Notes under the pieces: model-generated
What the model was told of the DNA's origin: nothing
Database searches by the model: none
Seen by the model: only the letters and a program-made list of their open reading frames with translations
Translations under genes and position numbers: made by a program
Shown here: positions 57,875 through 64,000 of the stretch, in pieces
Layout: each line of letters begins with the position of its first letter
Numbering within the stretch: position 1 is the first letter of the stretch
From: Eledone cirrhosa
Lineage: Eukaryota
Length of the DNA: 64,000 nt
Direction of reading: 5' to 3'
Assembly (NCBI GenBank): GCA_964016885.1
Contig: OZ024757.1
Coordinates: forward strand, 41,416,001-41,480,000

Positions 57875-58105
57875 TTAGAATTTAGCTTCAACATAGCTGT
57901 ATACAAATATGTATTTGAATTTCGTATTTCTAAAGATATACGGTATGTTTATAAATAAATATTTTGGAAGCCACAACTATGAATAGAAGACTGGTGGCCA
58001 ACACTGCTGAACAGTGTCCAGTAGAATGTATATATATATATATATATATATATGTATTATAAAATAACAGGAGGCTTGACTGGTGTAATTCCTTAAAGGT
58101 TTATT

Positions 58106-58163
58106 ATACTATGAACATTTCAATGACAGGGTTCAGTAAAAATCTGGTGACATCATCAGGTAT
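58106..58163 (-). ncRNA. Candidate type I hammerhead with imperfect stem II
   Basis: Minus strand reads ATAC-CTGATGA-TGTCA...TGTCATT-GAAA-TGTTCA-TA-GTAT. Stem I 4 bp, core intact, stem II register imperfect. Confidence 0.5.
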
Positions 58164-58303
58164 TCCAAAATTTAACAAAAGAATATAACAATCCATGGGG
58201 CTGAAAAAGCAGAGAGATGCCCAAGACGACAAGGTGGCCAAAAAATTAATATATATATGTGTGTATGTATATATATGTATATATTTATATATATGTATAT
58301 ATG

Positions 58304-58359
<56 letters not shown>

Positions 58360-58724
58360 CAGTGTGTGAGGAGTGGGGGAGAGAGAAGGTGGTCAAGGAA
58401 GGAAAGAAATGGCAACATGAGGAATAGATATAAAGTGTTCAGAGTAAAAAGCTTGCAAAGAAAAATATCAACAGATACGTTTCTTAAGATTTTGCTTCTT
58501 TTTATTTATTTAGTTTTTTTACCATAAATTTTTTTTTTTATTCTATTTTATTTATGTATTGCTATGGGGAATTTTTTTGGGTGGAGGGGTGATTCTGGGA
58601 GGGGGTTCAATGATGATTGATGAGAATGAGCTAAAAGATATTCTCTTTTAGCAGCTTTCGATTTCTGATTCTCAGCTATTTTTACCTATTGCTCATCTAT
58701 ATATATAGATGATGATGATGATGG

Positions 58725-61717
<2,993 letters not shown>

Positions 61718-62126
61718 TTCTTTCTTTCCTTGATGTTCAACTGCCCCAACCCTCGTGCCACCACCACACCTACTCCCAACTCTCGTACCTTTCATTGCCA
61801 AAACGTTTATGCTGAAAGTTGTGTTGTTTTTTTCTGTGCCAACTTAATGACTCTAAAGTTATTTTATTGTAAACTATAAATAATTTTATTTGTCCCTCCA
61901 GGATTCTGGGGGAAAACTTGCTTTATTTATTTATTTTTTATTATTACTATTATTATTATTATTATTATTGTTGTCGTTGTGTATTTCTTGTTTATGGTTT
62001 ATCTACATATAAATAACAGTAAATAACTGCCTCTGAATATTATATCTTATTATTATTATTTGTATTGTCCCCTATATGTCGGCCCTTGTGGCCAATAAAT
62101 GAAATCATTATTGTTATTATTATAAA

Positions 62127-62468
62127 GGGCGGTGGATGGGCAGTATCAGTAGAGGGTCGGACGCCATGTTTTCCAGCATAGTTACGTCCCTTTACGATCT
62201 GAGTTCAAATCCCGCCGAGGTTAACTTTGTCTTTCATCCTTACGGGGTCGATAAAATAAAGTACCAGTAATGCACTGGGTAATTGCTGGCCTTGTGCCTA
62301 AAGTAGAAACAATTATTATTATTAATATTATTATTATTGAGGTCAGTGGATTGGCAGTAGAATCGGTAGAGCATCAGACAACAGGCTTTGTAGCATAGAA
62401 CTATGGCCCTTTATGGTCTGAGTTCCCACCAAAGATAACTTTGTCTTGTCATCCTTACGGGGTTGATA
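62127..62468 (+). mobile_element. Full SINE followed by an older partial copy
   Basis: 62127-62314 is nearly identical to 7633-7820. A diverged copy follows at 62340-62468. Confidence 0.9.
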
Positions 62469-63151
62469 TGAGAGGGATTTAATAAAATGAAATAAAATAA
62501 AATAAAATTTAATAAAATAAAATATAGTTTAATGTGGTGGTGGTTGTGGCGGTTGTGGTTGTCATGGTGGTGGTGATGATAGTGGAGGTGGTGGTGGAGG
62601 TAGTAGTGGTGATGGTGGGGAATGTGATGGTGATGATGGCGGTGGTGATGGTGATGGTGGCGATGGTGGTGGTGGTGGAGATGGTTGCGAGTGACAGAAT
62701 ACAGTTGAGAAATTTTTGAAAAGATGCAATTTCCTGGCTTGCAATTCTCTTCATCACGCTAGAAATTATTACTTATTCTGAAGATTTCCTCATCAAAAGA
62801 TTGATTTTAAAAAAGTTGTTTTAATACTTCAGGCCTTTTGAATTTAATTAAATGTCTATTTTCTATAAGTAATGAATGACATAATAGAATATATTTCACC
62901 TTGGGAAAATATAACATTTCGACAAAAAAAAAAAAAAAAATCATTTTAATTTTGTCAAACAACTCCGCAACTAGCTCAGGTAAATAAAATTAATTATCTT
63001 CCCTCTTATTTCATATTTCATGAGATTCAGAAAGAATAGGATGAGAAATTTTACTACTATGAATTCAATTATCTAAATAATTTTCCTTTTAAAATAACAC
63101 TAAATATGTATTTTAAGTGTTTATGTACAAAATAATTAGCTCTTAGACTTT

Positions 63152-63592
63152 TCCTTAACATATTTCTAATGTAAGACACTACCTATGTCAGTAACCCTTT
63201 CATTACCATATTTCTAATGAAAGACACCGTCTATGTCATTAATCCTTTCATTACCATATTTCTAATGAAAGACACTGTCTATGTCATTAATCCTTTCATT
63301 ACCATATTTCTAATGAAAGACACTGTCTGTGTCAGTAACCCTTTCATTACCATATTTCTCATGAAAGATACTGTATATGTCATTAACACTTTCATTACCA
63401 TATTTCTAATGGAAGACACTGTCTATGTCATTAATCCTTTCATTACCTTATTTCTAATGAAAGACACTGTCTATGTCAATAACCCTTTCATTACCATATT
63501 TCTAATGAAAGACACTGTCTATGTCATTAATCCTTTCATTAACATATTTCTAATGAAAGACACTGTCTATGTCATTAACACTTTCATTAACC
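63152..63592. repeat. 48-bp minisatellite
   Basis: Unit ATTTCTAATGAAAGACACTGTCTATGTCATTAATCCTTTCATTACCAT, about 9 copies. A single related TTAACCC-initiated copy lies at 15427-15475. Confidence 0.9.
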
Positions 63593-64000
63593 TGATAAAT
63601 ATGAACACTTTAAAATAAACATTTTCATTTTGTAGAATATTTCGAGACATTCCAATTATGAAACTTTGAAGCTATGTTGTCAACTTCTGAAAATATATAT
63701 ATTGTTTTTCTGAATGTATTGTATTAGGAATATTTTGTGTTTTGCCAGTAGCATCTGTTGAGAATCTAGCAGAACACTAAAGCACAAGAACTTCCTCTGA
63801 ATGATAAGGATCGAAACTTGAATGAAGTATCCATATTTGATTGAAGAGTGAACTTGTAAAGGGAACTAACTTCATGAAAAAATTATTTCATTTAACAAAA
63901 AAAACAAAAAATTAAAAATTAAAAAAAAATATTAAAACCTGAATTGTTTTATAATAATTCTTAATTTTGGGTTGTTGAACAATTCAGATGAAATTGTAAT

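Overview
Very AT-rich eukaryotic non-coding DNA dominated by (TA)n/(CA)n/(CAT)n microsatellites, tRNA-derived SINEs, RTE and CR1-type LINE fragments, Tc1/mariner remnants and TTAA-CCC (piggyBac-type) MITEs. The repeat landscape resembles a cephalopod (octopus-like) genome, which is an inference. Almost all ORFs in the track are translations of simple repeats. No complete protein-coding gene is visible, only a few weak candidate exons. The main signal is at least ten type I hammerhead ribozyme (HHR) motifs (stem I-CUGANGA-stem II-GAAA-palindromic stem III-UH-stem I') from several unrelated short non-coding element families, all read by eye. They include a ~525-bp terminally redundant element whose 5' end maps about 6 nt from its predicted self-cleavage site (retrozyme-like), a three-copy family with compensatory stem II changes, a U3-A8 core variant in a 303-bp near-perfect palindrome, and five HHR-like motifs in 1.1 kb at 38.9-40.1 kb.
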